Positions 52,319-63,842 are shown, counted from the stretch's first letter. The stretch: 63,842 nt of DNA from Squalus acanthias (GCA_030390025.1 CM059432.1:111602001-111665842), one strand, 5' to 3'. Numbers and translations are program-made. The notes: generated by a model not told the origin, from the sequence alone.

Positions 52319-54192
52319 ATGGAGAGGGTGAGAGAACGAGCTCAGCGCTTCACCGAGCGGGCCTTGGATGCTCTGGTTGGTGCGGTGGAGCGCAGAAGAT
52401 CTATACTCTTCCCTGAGAGTGGCAGGAGGCCTTTGCCACGCGAGTACAGAAGAGTGTGGAGGGAGGTGGCTCAGAGCGTCTCCTCCAGGAGCATGGTGCC
52501 CAGGACCCATGTTCAATGCCGCAAAAAGTTCAACGACCTCACTCGGGTCGTCAGGGTGAGTGGCTTTTTCTCAATACCTCTCCATCCCTCCATCTCAACC
52601 TCACTCTATGGCCAGAGGGTCTTAAAACCCCAATGCACAACACTCATCCAACACCTATGGCCCTTTCATGAAACACACACACACATTCCACACTTTGCAT
52701 ACAGTAAGGGCTATTCACCTATGGGAGGCACATCAGGCAAGACCATGGCTGTATATTGTAAGGGCTATTCACCTATGGGAGGCACATCAGGCAATACCAT
52801 GGCTGCGTACAGTAAGGGCTATTCACCTATGGGAGGCACATCAGGCAAGACCATGGCTGTATATTTACTCAGATGCTGTCCTTTTACTTGCAGGCCAAGC
52901 TGGCGCATAATAGGAGACAGCAGCAACGGACAGGTGGAGGGCGGCCTCAGCTGCAACCCCTCAGCGATCTTGAGGAGCGCGTCCACAGGATTGTGGCAAG
53001 CCGGGTGATCGGTCCCGTCGCCACTGGAGACGCCGACCCCGTTCTGGACAGCAATGGTAAGGTCATCACCTTTTTGTCCTCTGTCCTTCCACTTGTCCCT
53101 CACAACACCAGCCTTTGACACTTTCAATCCAACTTGCTAACTCGCTGCACTTATTCCTCCCTTACTGCCACCCTGTCCTCACGCTAAAGCCACTCTTGTA
53201 CATCCCTGCTTTCAGATGGTGATTCACCAGCTGAGGAGACGGGCCCTGAAGCTGCCAGTGGGAGTGAAGCTGCAGCCGAGGAGGAAGAGGAAGCCGGAGC
53301 ATCAGTGCCACCCTCTCCCGAGGAAGCCCATGCCCACACTGGGAACACGCCTTCCCTGGAGGGGAGCAGGGGGGAAGGGTCTGATGAGGGTGAAGCTCCA
53401 GGACCCAGCGGGCTGCAGCAACGCCATGGGGGTAGGGAAGAACGGGGGCCTTCTCCCCAGAGGGAGAGTATGCCAGCGACTCCTACTGCAATGGACGCAG
53501 AGGAGGAGCGGCTGATCGCAGAAATGAACACCCAGGCGGTGGGCATGCACACTGAGCTCATGGGTGCAGTGGGAAGGGTGCCCGACTGCATTGAGTCACT
53601 GGCAAGGAGTGTGGAGCACTTCGCTGTAGCACAGGCGGATGCCACACTAACGCTTAGTGCTGCAATTCAGTCACTGACTGCCGTGATCCCATCTCTGACT
53701 GCTCTCATGCAGACTCAGATTGAGGCCACGCGAGCACTGACTGCTGCCAACCTCGATGGTTCGTTCACATGTCCCCGGGGCTCTCACCGCGCCGCAGCAG
53801 GCCAGCAATCTGTGCTCCAGCAGATTGCTCCGGCTGCTGAAGTGCTGCCCCGTGGGAGTGCCAGTGTGTCGGGCGAGCAGGGAGTTGCTGTCCTCTCTCA
53901 CGATGACAGCATTCCTGCTGCCAACACTGTCACTTCTCCACTGCACTTGCCACCGCCTGTAGGACAGACTGCTGCCGCCCATGCAGAGTTGGTGCAGTCT
54001 GCAGCCGGGCCCTCCAGGCCCAGAACTGGTCGAGGCCGTCCTTCAGGGGCATCTGCAGTGTCAGGGTCTGACAATCAGCAGCCTTCCACCAGCCTTGCTG
54101 CAGCCACTGAGGTCCCATTACGGAGGAGCAGTAGGGTTAGAAGGGGGGAAGTGCGCAAGGGAAGGAGATCACCCTCGAAGGGCAAAAAGTAG
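52319..54192 (+). CDS. Harbinger Myb/SANT-like (MSANTD-type) DNA-binding protein, predicted 458 aa; exons 52319-52555, 52894-53056, 53216-54192
   Basis: RFTERALDALV...WREVAQSV...RTHVQCRKKFNDL, then AKLAHNRRQQQRTGGG; canonical splice sites (AGG|GTGAGT, TTGCAG|, G|GTAAGG, TTTCAG|) join in frame to 1,377 nt; basic C-terminus. Confidence 0.85.
52704..52865 (+). repeat. 3 x 54-bp tandem repeat in intron 1 of the Myb-like gene
   Basis: GTAAGGGCTATTCACCTATGGGAGGCACATCAGGCAA... starts at 52704, 52758 and 52812. Confidence 0.95.
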
Positions 54193-54504
54193 GAGGTGTG
54201 ACAAAATGCTGGTCATTTTTTTATTAAAGGCCGAGGTTCGTGGTCCAACTTTTGTCTAGTGTTTTGGACATTATCTCCAGGTTGTGAGAACCAGTTATGT
54301 TAATGACTGTTTTTTTGTGTTTATTTCTATGAGTTTGTCATGAGGAAATGACACACACAGAGTTTGTAAAATAAATAAGTTTTTGTATTCAAAATATACA
54401 TGTTTGGTGTTTGGAATCATTGGTGCCTTGGCCGGCTTAGGGGTTGCGTGCTGGGTCAATTGATGTTGTTAGCAATGGCAGAAGCCATTTCCACAGCAGG
54501 GGCC

Positions 54505-55665
54505 CTAGAAGCGGCTTGCTATCAGCCGTTGACGGACGGCCCTTGCAGTTTCACCATTGTGGGTCGCCCTCCCGCCTTTGTGCTGCTGATGATCATCCTC
54601 CTCGTCCTCTTCCTCCTCTTCCTCCTCCTCCTCTGGTGGTGCTCCAAGGCCTGGTGACATTGGCTGGGTCCTGACGATTGCCATGTTATGCAACATGCAG
54701 CACACAACTACGAAGTTCGATACTCGCTCAGGCGAGTACTGCAGGGCTCCTCCAGAATGGTCGAGACAGCGGAACCGTTGCTTCAGCACGCCGATTGTGC
54801 GCTCAATGATGTTCCTGGTAGCTTGATGGCTCTCGTTGTACCGCAGCTCAGCAGGGCTGTTGGGCGTACGGAGCGGTGTCATCAGCCAGGTGCTCAATGG
54901 ATACCCCTTGTCCCCGAGAAGCCAACCAACTGGCTGATGCAGTGCCTCGAAAAGTTCTGCCACAGTAGTCTGGCGCAGGATGAAAGCATCGTGGCAGCTG
55001 CCAGGATAGTGGGCATTGACAGCGAGTATCAGCTGTCTGTGGTCACAGACCAACTGAACATTCAAGGAATGGAACCCCTTTCTGTTCCGGAAATCCTCGG
55101 CATTCTCATGTGGAGCACGCAAAGCCACATGCGTGCAATCAATGGCGCCCTGCACCATGGGGAAGCCCGCTATCCTCGCAAAGCCCAGAGCGCGGTCACG
55201 CTGCTTGTCTGGGGTCATGGGGAAAGAGATGAACTCTCGTCTCCTTTTAAAGAGGGCATTTGTGACCTGCCGGATGCAGCAATGCACCGCGAACTGGGAG
55301 ATATTGGCGAGGTCCCCAGCAGCATCTTGAAATGAGCCAGTAGCATAGAAGTGGAGAGCCACTGTGACCTTCACTGCCACCGACAGAGACGTCCTGGACC
55401 TCAGTTGAGGCTGCAGATCTGGCTGCAGCAGGTGGCAGAGCTCAGTGACCACCTCCTTGCTGAATCTCAGCCTTTGCAAACACAGCTCCTCAGACATATG
55501 AATGTAGGAGAGCTGTTCACGATATACCCTGGGAGGGTAAGCTCTCCTGTACAGACGCCTGTTGGCCCTCCTCCGTCTGGCCATCATTGCCACTCTCTCT
55601 CTGCGTCTCTGTGTCCTCCGATTCAGCTGGAGCAGGACGACGCCCCCATTCAGTGCAGTCCCCAT
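54505..55665 (-). CDS. Harbinger DDE transposase (HARBI1-like), 386 aa from the first ATG
   Basis: Uninterrupted ORF with HTH region (ALHFYATGSFQ...ISQFAVH), GAIDCTHV, NRKGFHSLNVQ, PGSCHDAFI, LLGDKGYP, YNESH..TRNIIERTIGVLKQRFRCL, CCMLHN and an acidic tail. Confidence 0.95.
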   Translation of the reverse strand: MGTALNGGVVLLQLNRRTQRRRERVAMMARRRRANRRLYRRAYPPRVYREQLSYIHMSEELCLQRLRFSKEVVTELCHLLQPDLQPQLRSRTSLSVAVKVTVALHFYATGSFQDAAGDLANISQFAVHCCIRQVTNALFKRRREFISFPMTPDKQRDRALGFARIAGFPMVQGAIDCTHVALRAPHENAEDFRNRKGFHSLNVQLVCDHRQLILAVNAHYPGSCHDAFILRQTTVAELFEALHQPVGWLLGDKGYPLSTWLMTPLRTPNSPAELRYNESHQATRNIIERTIGVLKQRFRCLDHSGGALQYSPERVSNFVVVCCMLHNMAIVRTQPMSPGLGAPPEEEEEEEEEDEEDDHQQHKGGRATHNGETARAVRQRLIASRF

Positions 55666-56177
55666 AGTCTCTTTGCAAGCAAAGTTATGAAGGACAGCAA
55701 CCAAAGTACCAGCGAAGTTAGGATCAGTAGGCAAAACTACCTCACAAAGCGTTGACTCAATGCAGAAGTCTCTCTTTCTCTCTCTCCGAATCTCTCTCTC
55801 TCTCTCAGAACGAGTGGTGCAAAAATGTCAACCACAGAAAAAGACAGGAAGAGGCCCCCTTTAAATAGCGCCCCCCCCCAGCCCCACAGCGATTGATAGC
55901 GTTCCAGTCTTCCGGTCGTTGGATGCGCCAGGCGGTAAGGCAGGGGGCGCCACTCAATTTCCGCTCCGGGGCGCCACAAGGGCGTTGCACCATGGAATGA
56001 CGTCACAATCTGCGCGCGCAGGTGGTCGCAGCGGTAAAGTTTAGCGCCGCCGCAGAATGTCTAGTTAAGTTCCCGAGCGGCGCAAACATCGCTGCGCCCG
56101 GGCGCTAGCGGCTTTGCGCCCCATTAGCGCCCTCTTAAGGCGCTAACGGGAGGCGCAACCAACTGAATTTTTCCCCC

Positions 56178-59085
56178 ATAGAGTCATAGAGTTATACAGC
56201 ACAGAAAGAGGCCCTTCGGCCCATCGTGTCCGCACCGTCCATCAAGCCCTGTCAATTCTAATCCCATTTTCCAGCACTTGGTCTGTAGCCTTGTATGTTA
56301 TGGCGTTTCAAGTGCTCATCTAAATGCTTCTTGAATGTTGTGAGGGTTCCTGCCTCTACCATCCTTTCAGGCAGTGAGTTCCAGATTCCAACCACCCTCT
56401 GGGTGAAAAAGTTTTTCCTCAAATCCCCTCTAAACCTCTGCCCCTTACCTTGAAACTATGCCCCCTGGTTATTGACCCCTCTACTAAGGGGAGAAGTTCC
56501 TTTCTATCTACCCCATCTATGCCCCTCATAATTTTGTACACCTCAATCAGGTCCCCCCTCAGCCTTCTCTGCTCTAAGGAAAACAACCCCAGCCTGTCCA
56601 GTCTCTCTTCATAGCTGAAGTGTTGCAGCCCAGGTAACATCCTGGTGAATCTCCTCTGCACCCTCTCCAATGCAATCACATCCCTCCTATAGTGTGGCGA
56701 CCAGAATTGCACACAGTATTCCAGCTGTGGCCTAACCTGTGTTTTGTACAGCTCCATCATAACCTCCATGCTCTTATACTCTATGCCTCGGCTAATGAAG
56801 GCAAGTATCCCATATGCCTTCTTAACCACATTATCCACCTGTCCTGCTGCCTTCAGGGATCTATGTACATGCACACCAAGGTCCCTCTGATCCTCTGTCC
56901 TTCCTAGGGTCCTACCATTCATTGTGTATTCCCTTGCCTTGTTAGTCCATCCAAAATGCATCACCTCACACTTTTTAGGGTTAAATTCCATTTGCCACTC
57001 TTCTGCCCATCTGATCAATCTATCTATATCGTCCTGTAGCCTGAGGCTTCCCTCCTCGCTATTTTCCACCCCACCAATTTTTGTGTCATCTGCGAACTTA
57101 CTGATCATACCTCCTACATTCATATCTAAATTATTAATGTACACTACAAACAGCAAAGGACCCAGCACCGATCCCTGCGGTACACCACTGGACACAGGCT
57201 TCCAGTCACAAAAACAACCTTCGACCATCACCCTCTGCCTCCTGCCACTAAGCCAATTTTGGATCCAATGTGCCAAGTTGCCCTGGATCCCATGGGCTCT
57301 TACCTTCTTGACCAGTCTCCCATGCGGGACTTTGTCAAAAGCCTTTCTGAAGTCCATGTAGACCACATCAACTGCACTACCCTCATCCACACCCCTAGTC
57401 ACCCCCTCGAAAAATTTAATCAAATTGGTCAGACATGATCTCCCCTGACAAAGCCATCCTTGATTAATCCTTGCCTCTCCAAGTGGAGACTAATTCTGTC
57501 CCTCAGAATTTTTTCCAATAATTTCCCGACCACTGATGTTAGGCTCACTGGCCTGGTTTATCCCTACTATCCTTCTTGAATAATGGTACTACATTAGCTG
57601 TTCTCCAGTCCTCTGGCACCTCCCCTGTGGCCAGAGAGGTTCTGAAAATTTGTGTCAGAGCCCCTGCAATCTCCTCCCTTGCCTCATACAGCAGCCTGGG
57701 ATACATCTCGTCTGGGCCTGGGGATTTATCCACTTTTAAGCCCGCTAAAATCTCTAGTACCTCCTCCCTCTCAATACTAATTTGTTCAAGTATATCACAA
57801 TCCCCCTGCCTGATTTCTATGCCTACATCGTCCTTCTCCATAGTGAACACAGATGCAAAATATTCATTTAAAACCCCACCTACATCTTCTGGCTCTACAC
57901 ACAGATTGACACTTTGATCTCTAATGGACCCTACTCTTTCCCTGGTTATCCTCTTGCCCTTAATATACTTATAAAACACCTTGGGATTTTCCTTTATTTT
58001 GCCTGCCAGTGTTATTTCATGTTCCCTCTTCGCTCTCCTAATTTCTTTTTTAAGTACCCCCCTGCACTTTCTATACTCCTCTAGGGCTTCCACTGTTTTT
58101 AGTCCTTTGTATCTGCCAAAAGCCTCCCTTTTTTCCTAATCCATTCTCATATATCCCTTGACATCCAGGGTTCCCTGGGCTTGTTGGTCCCACCCTTGAC
58201 CTTTACGGGAACATGTTGCCGTTGTACTTCCTTTCTGAAAGACTCCCACTGCTCTGATGTGGATTTTCCAACAAGTAGCTGATCCCAGTCCACTTTGGCC
58301 AGATCCTGCCTTATCATATTAAAATCGGCCTTCCCCCAATTTAGAACCTTTATTTCCGGTCCATCTTTGTCCTTTTCCATGACTACCTTATATCTCACCG
58401 AATTATGGTCACTGTCACCAAAATGCTCTCCTACTAACACTTCTACCACTTGCCCGGCTACATTCCCCAGAATTAGGTCCAGTACCGCCCCCTCTCTTGT
58501 AGGACTTTCTACATGCTGGGTCAAAAAGCTCTCCTGGATGCACTTTAAGAATTCCGCACCCTCTAAGCCTTTCACACTCTGACTATCCCAGTTAATATTG
58601 GGGAAGTTGAAATCCCCTACTATTATTACCCTATTATTTCTACACTTCTCTGAGATTTGCCGACATATCTGTTCTTCTATCTCCCCCTGACTGTTTGGGG
58701 GCCTATAGTACACTCCCAGCAAAGTGCTTGCCCCCTTTTTGTTTTTAAGTTCTACCCATATGGCCTCATTAGAGGAACATGCTAAGATATCATCCCTCCT
58801 TACTGCAGTAATTGACTCCTTGATTAATATTGCGACACCCCCTCCTCTTTTACACCCCCCTCTGTCTCGCCTGAAGATTCTATACCCCGGAATATTGAGC
58901 TGCCAGTCCTGCCCCTCGTTCAACCATGTCTCTGTGATAGCAACAATATCATACTCCCATGTGTTCATCAACACCTTCAATTCATCTGCCTTACTCGCAA
59001 GACTCCTCGCATTAAAATAAATGCCATCCAGCCTTGCCATACTCCCTTGTGCCGTTACATATTTGCTCTGCCTTCCAGGCTGACT
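56178..59085 (-). mobile_element. CR1 LINE with near-complete but frameshifted ORF2; distal tail remnant at 51951-51960
   Basis: Endonuclease ORF 58147-59115, linker 57545-58093, RT 56419-57423; 3' end nearly the same as 32783-33873; (TAGAGTCA)n tail. Confidence 0.94.
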
Positions 59086-60570
59086 TGTTTTATATATTTT
59101 AAAATATATAAACAATTAATTTGCAAATGACAAATAGTGAGTAGTTTTCAGATATAATTAAGAAACTGTCTCTTTTTTAGATAAGAAAAATGATTGCCCT
59201 TGTTCACTGTGGATTCCAATATATTAGATAATGCACAAAACAACAGTTTTTGGAGTGGTGTCCCTCTAGATAATACATCTTATGTCCTCCACCACTTAAC
59301 CCTTTAGGTTTTCATGCACGAGTGAAGTAATGCTGGGTACATCTACAGCTTAAGTTACAAGTCCATGTCCCACTGCATTTTCAATGTAGTTACTTGTTTT
59401 CACATATCATAGACTGATATTCAGGACAGGTTTTGAATTGTGGTCTTTTCTGAAGCTTTTGCTCAGCTTTTGCTAGTTCTCTAGGTTATGATGGATTTGC
59501 TGCTGTTGGATCGTTATTTATTTTGCTTATTATTTGATTTTAAGCTTCACTAGAATATTAAATACATATCAATTATGATTGTATAATGAGCATAATAAAA
59601 TGTTGAATAATATACTACAGTTAGTGTTTGACAATATACTGCTTTAGCAATGTGAAAAAATACAAGATTGGGTCTGCATTAGCTTGGGCAGTTTATCCAG
59701 CGAGTAGCTGGGCCGTACAGACAAGGGAGGCACTAGGTTTTCTCTCTGGTCTGTGCGGAGTGAGCTGATCCTAGTCTAGGTAGCAGTAGACCTGCTGCGA
59801 TTGGCCTCAGAGCCCCTTCACAAGGGAGGGGAAACTCTGCCGGTATTCCCACTCTCTAGTGACTCCCGCTGGAAGTTTGAATATTGGGTGAGCTAAGGAT
59901 TGGTTCAGCTATGATTCCCTCATTGTCAATTAACCTGTCAGCATTCATTATTGAGATCCACATTTGTTTAGTGACTCCTTGATTGGATTAATGGAAGGTG
60001 AACAATGCCTGTAGAATTGTACCCTAGCCTTCAGCAGAGAAGGTACATTTCAATGGTTTTCCAATAGTCTTAATGGACATTTTTATGGATGACTTATACT
60101 TAGGTTAGTTAAAATGTACATTATCTTAAGATGTTCTGCACATATTCTCCCTTAGTTACAATAAGCGAACTGTTGTGCTCCCCAGAGAGGGGGTGACATA
60201 GTTTCCCTTGTCCAACCAAAAGAATAGAGGAAGACTGTTATAGCTAAATGGCAGTAGTGAATTGCTGAGAGGTCATTTGTCCAGTGACTGAAGGTGTGAA
60301 ACATTTCTCCTGTACTTTGTTCAACTGCAACAATCTTCACCAAAAAATTATATGAGCAGAAAAGACATTACATGAACTGTGTGATAATCTCCTGCTGCGG
60401 TTCCTCTCATGAGACAGAGCGAAACAATTTCAATCTATTTACTCCCATCTTTGATATTGCTAAACTGGCTGATCCACCAGCAGCAGTGTCATCATGCTGA
60501 TTTGATTTGATCTGACATTTGATAGGCAAGAGGAGCTGGTTTGAAAGCTGTGGATCCCTGATGAGACTTT

Positions 60571-62730
60571 GGCCCAGAAATTCCCTACGAGTTCGTGCCG
60601 CGATCCTGGCGAAAAATGCCGGCTGCCACTCTAACGCCCGTCTCTGGCGCGGGACTCGGCGGCCGCCATTTTGGTGAGAGTCTCAGCCGCTGGCTCTGGA
60701 GATGCAAATATGGAGAGTGTGAAGTCAGTCGGCGTGCGACGTCGACTTAACGTCACACTCTGCGAACTTCGACCTTAGCGCTGAGTTTAGCGCTGGGTCC
60801 TAAGCTCGACATGAAAAACGAGCGTGCAGCAGACTGACAGAGACGCTGTCAGCACTTCTTAAAGGGACACACACATCTTTCAGGTAAGTTTGGATTTAAG
60901 ATTCTGGACTGGATTTTTATTATTTTATTGAAGTAGTGGTTTGGTGCAATACATGTGAAAAGTTTTTTAAGTGTGCAGGGAGTGCTGCTGGATGCTTGCA
61001 ATTCCTTGGATGGTAAAGGAAGGCCTCTGAGAAGACAGAAAATGCTGGAAATACTCAGCAAGTCAGGCAGCATCCATGGAGAGAGAAACAGAATTCACAT
61101 CTCAGGTCGAGATGCTACCTGACCTGCTGAGTATTTCAGATTTACAGCATTCGCTCGCCGAGGGAAGAGGAGGAAGCCGAAGAGAAGGAAGCAGAAGGAA
61201 GGATGTAACTCAGACAGCCCCTTTCTGGCCAGGATATCCGGGATGGAATCATCTTTCTGCGGTACCAGTGACCACAACCCCAATTCCCCTTTCAATATTA
61301 GTCCCACACCTTACCTTCCCTCTGTTATTGACCATCACAGCGTCCTCTTGGCCACGATGCTGAAATAAAAGCCATCACAAAGCAAACTTTCCAATACAAC
61401 TTTGGACATCTATCCATCCAATATGACAGCAAGATATCAACTCATCACCCTTATGCATTCCTTTAGTGAGTGTCTTGTGTGTGCCTTTGCCTATTCTACT
61501 GATGTCACGCAGTGCTACCCCAGTGGCTGCAGCATGGCTGGTGGAAGGCTGCTGACTTTACGTGGGGGACACTGCAGATGTCCTTGCTGGTCGACCTTGA
61601 GGAGCTGGTGGCTGTGAGTGTGAAATCAAGTGATGGTGTTTCTTCTTCTTCTTCTTCTTCTTCTTCTTCTTCTTCACTCTCCTCTCCCTCTCTTGGCCAA
61701 CCACTAGCTGGGCAGGCTGCATTTCTTGAGTGTGTGAAATGAGGAAGGCACAAGGGGGGAGTTGTGGTGCGGGGAGGGTGGGGAAGCAAGAAGTGCATGT
61801 GAGAAGGAGGATAACATATGAGGATACCATCATCTTTTATCCTTTCAGCCCAGCCACTGGCCAAGGGCTCAGCCATGCCCCTGCCAAGAATGGCCAGCAC
61901 CATCTCCTCCAAGGGGGTGAGGTGAAGCTCGGAATGTGAGGTGTGCCTTGTGTTTGGTACAGATTGTTGGTAGGTGGGTGATTGGTGGTGGGGTGTCGTG
62001 CACCGAGCAGTGTGTGAGGCTGGTGATGCAGTTGGTAGGAGACGGCTTTTAAAGATGCATTCACTGATCTTGACCAGTGAAGCTTCTTTGGGCACTGGAG
62101 CCGGGTCATGGGGGTGACACTTCTGGCAGTGATGGCCTCGGTGATCTGGTCCCACATCCTTCTTACTGGAGGGCCTCCTGGCCCCTATGGGTAGAGGCCG
62201 CTCTTGTAGTGTTGACCCCCTGCACAAAGCTGGAGTGCTGCTTGCGAGACCCTGGGTGCGCCTCCCCTGGCTTGCTGAGCCATTTGTGTTAATGCTGAAG
62301 CGCTTTCCCATTTTTTAGGTGTGGAAGGGAATTCAGCTTTACGAGCTGAAGACTCCCATTTGGGAATTCTTTTTAATCTTAATTTTTTTTCCAGAAGTCA
62401 AGGGCTAAAAGCTGCCTATTTTTACATGATTTTAATTTTTTTAAATTTTGGTAGACAGTTCCCCTTTAAGGGACGGACTGCTCTCTGAAATGACAGCCTC
62501 GCTTTAAGAGCAGGCTGTTCTTGCTGCAATGACGCCACGGCCAGGCTACATTCGTCCTCCTGCCGGGACTAACGGCACCAGGACGGCGTTACACAGTAAG
62601 TTTGCGCTGGGCTAATGTTAAGTATTTCCCAGCGCCAATTTACCAGTCCTGCCAGCACCATCAATTTCGGCAGCCGTTAACGGTCTGTGGTGGCACCGGC
62701 AGGTTTTTAGCAATGTCGAATTTCTAGGCC
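60571..62730 (-). mobile_element. Harbinger family B non-autonomous element carrying a decayed Myb-like gene
   Basis: TIRs GGCCCAGAAATTC / GAATTTCTAGGCC; relics MAQQA.., MWDQITEAITARSVTPMTRLQCPKK, LTPLEEMVLAILG and an acidic run; no transposase seen. Confidence 0.8.
61035..61152. mobile_element. Short Penelope pLTR-derived inverted-repeat fragment nested in the family B element
   Basis: Matches 2946-3020; arms 61048-61074 and 61111-61137 are inverted repeats. Confidence 0.65.
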
Positions 62731-62961
62731 AAAATGTTTAAGGAAGGGTCTCCATCCAAATCATTAACCTGCCTTTTCTCCTTTATTTTCACAGATGTCC
62801 AACCTTTGGACTTAGTGACCCGCCTGCCCCAGCAAGTGAACTTCTTTCATCCATGAATAAAAAGGAATGTAAATGATGTTGCACAGACAGGAGGTGCTGT
62901 TTTTCAGGTACCTTTCGCCAACCAGATACGTGAATCTCAACAGTGAGCATCAGCAGGATGG

Positions 62962-63842
62962 CACACACACTCACACACTCACACACACACACTCACACTC
63001 ACACACTCACACACACTCACTCACACACACTCACACTCAGACACTCACACACACACACTCACACACTCACACTCACACACTCACACTCACACACTCACAC
63101 ACACTCACTCACACACACTCACACTCAGACACTCACACACACACTCACACACTCACACTCACACACTCACACACACTCACACACTCACACACACTCACAC
63201 TCACACACTCACACACACACACTCACACACTCACACACACACTCAAACTCACACACTCACACTCACACACTCACACACACACTCACACACTCTCACACTC
63301 ACACACTCTCACACTCACACACACACACACACTCACACACACACTCACACACACTCACTCATACACTCAAACACTCACAAACAAACACTCACATTCACAC
63401 ACTCACACACACACAAACACTCACACACTCACACACTCACACACACACTCACACACTGACACACACACACACTCATACACACACACTCAAACACTCACGC
63501 ACACACTCACACACACACACTCAAACACTCACACACACACACAAACACTCACACTCACACACTCACACACACACTCACACACTCACACACACACTCACTC
63601 ACATACTCACGCACTCAGACACACACTCACACACTCACTCACACACACACTCACTCACACACTCACATACACACTCACTCACAAACTCACACTCACTCTC
63701 ACACACTCACACACTCACACTCACTCACACACTCACACACTCACACACACACTCACTCAAACACACACACTCACACACACACACTCACACACACATACTC
63801 ACACACACACACACTCACACTCACACACACACACTCACACAC
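62962..63842 (+). repeat. Compound (CA)n/(CACACT)n microsatellite running off the window end
   Basis: About 880 bp of CA and CACT units. Confidence 0.98.

Larger units (their letters stand above)
51961..56177. mobile_element. Apparently intact autonomous PIF/Harbinger transposon (family A), 4,217 bp
   Basis: Perfect 12-bp TIRs GGGGGAAAAATT; ATA TSD (51958-51960, 56178-56180); convergent transposase and Myb/SANT-like genes, both open. Confidence 0.95.

Noticed and set aside
54505..55734. Host HARBI1 gene
   Set aside because: Lies between TIRs with a TSD, is paired with a Myb gene and has a decayed sister copy nearby, so it is a transposon gene; the ORF track's 409-aa version starts at a non-ATG codon
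31196..56177. Composite transposon formed by the two inverted family A copies
   Set aside because: The left copy lacks its outer TIR, the copies are visibly diverged and the right copy has its own TSD

Overview
Repeat-dense vertebrate DNA with no recognisable host protein-coding gene. It is most likely from a cartilaginous fish, inferred from an HE1-type V-SINE, a SacSINE1-type DeuSINE and shark-like CR1, L2 and Penelope families. Most of the window is LINE debris (CR1 group, L2, RTE), a Penelope 3' end with a hammerhead-ribozyme core, SINEs, mini/microsatellites and an apparently exact 3,982-bp tandem duplication. The highlight is a PIF/Harbinger DNA-transposon system. It comprises an apparently intact 4,217-bp autonomous element (51961-56177: open DDE transposase ORF, convergent 3-exon Myb/SANT-like gene, 12-bp TIRs, ATA TSD), a 777-bp MITE with the same ends (32006-32782) and a dead, inverted sister copy (31196-36088). 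The intact element and the MITE both sit in the (TAGAGTCA)n 3' tail of separate copies of one CR1 LINE subfamily, and the surviving end of the dead copy is also flanked by ATAGAGT, which suggests sequence-specific targeting. Remnants of two or three further Harbinger families are also present. All calls are by eye; no database searches were run.
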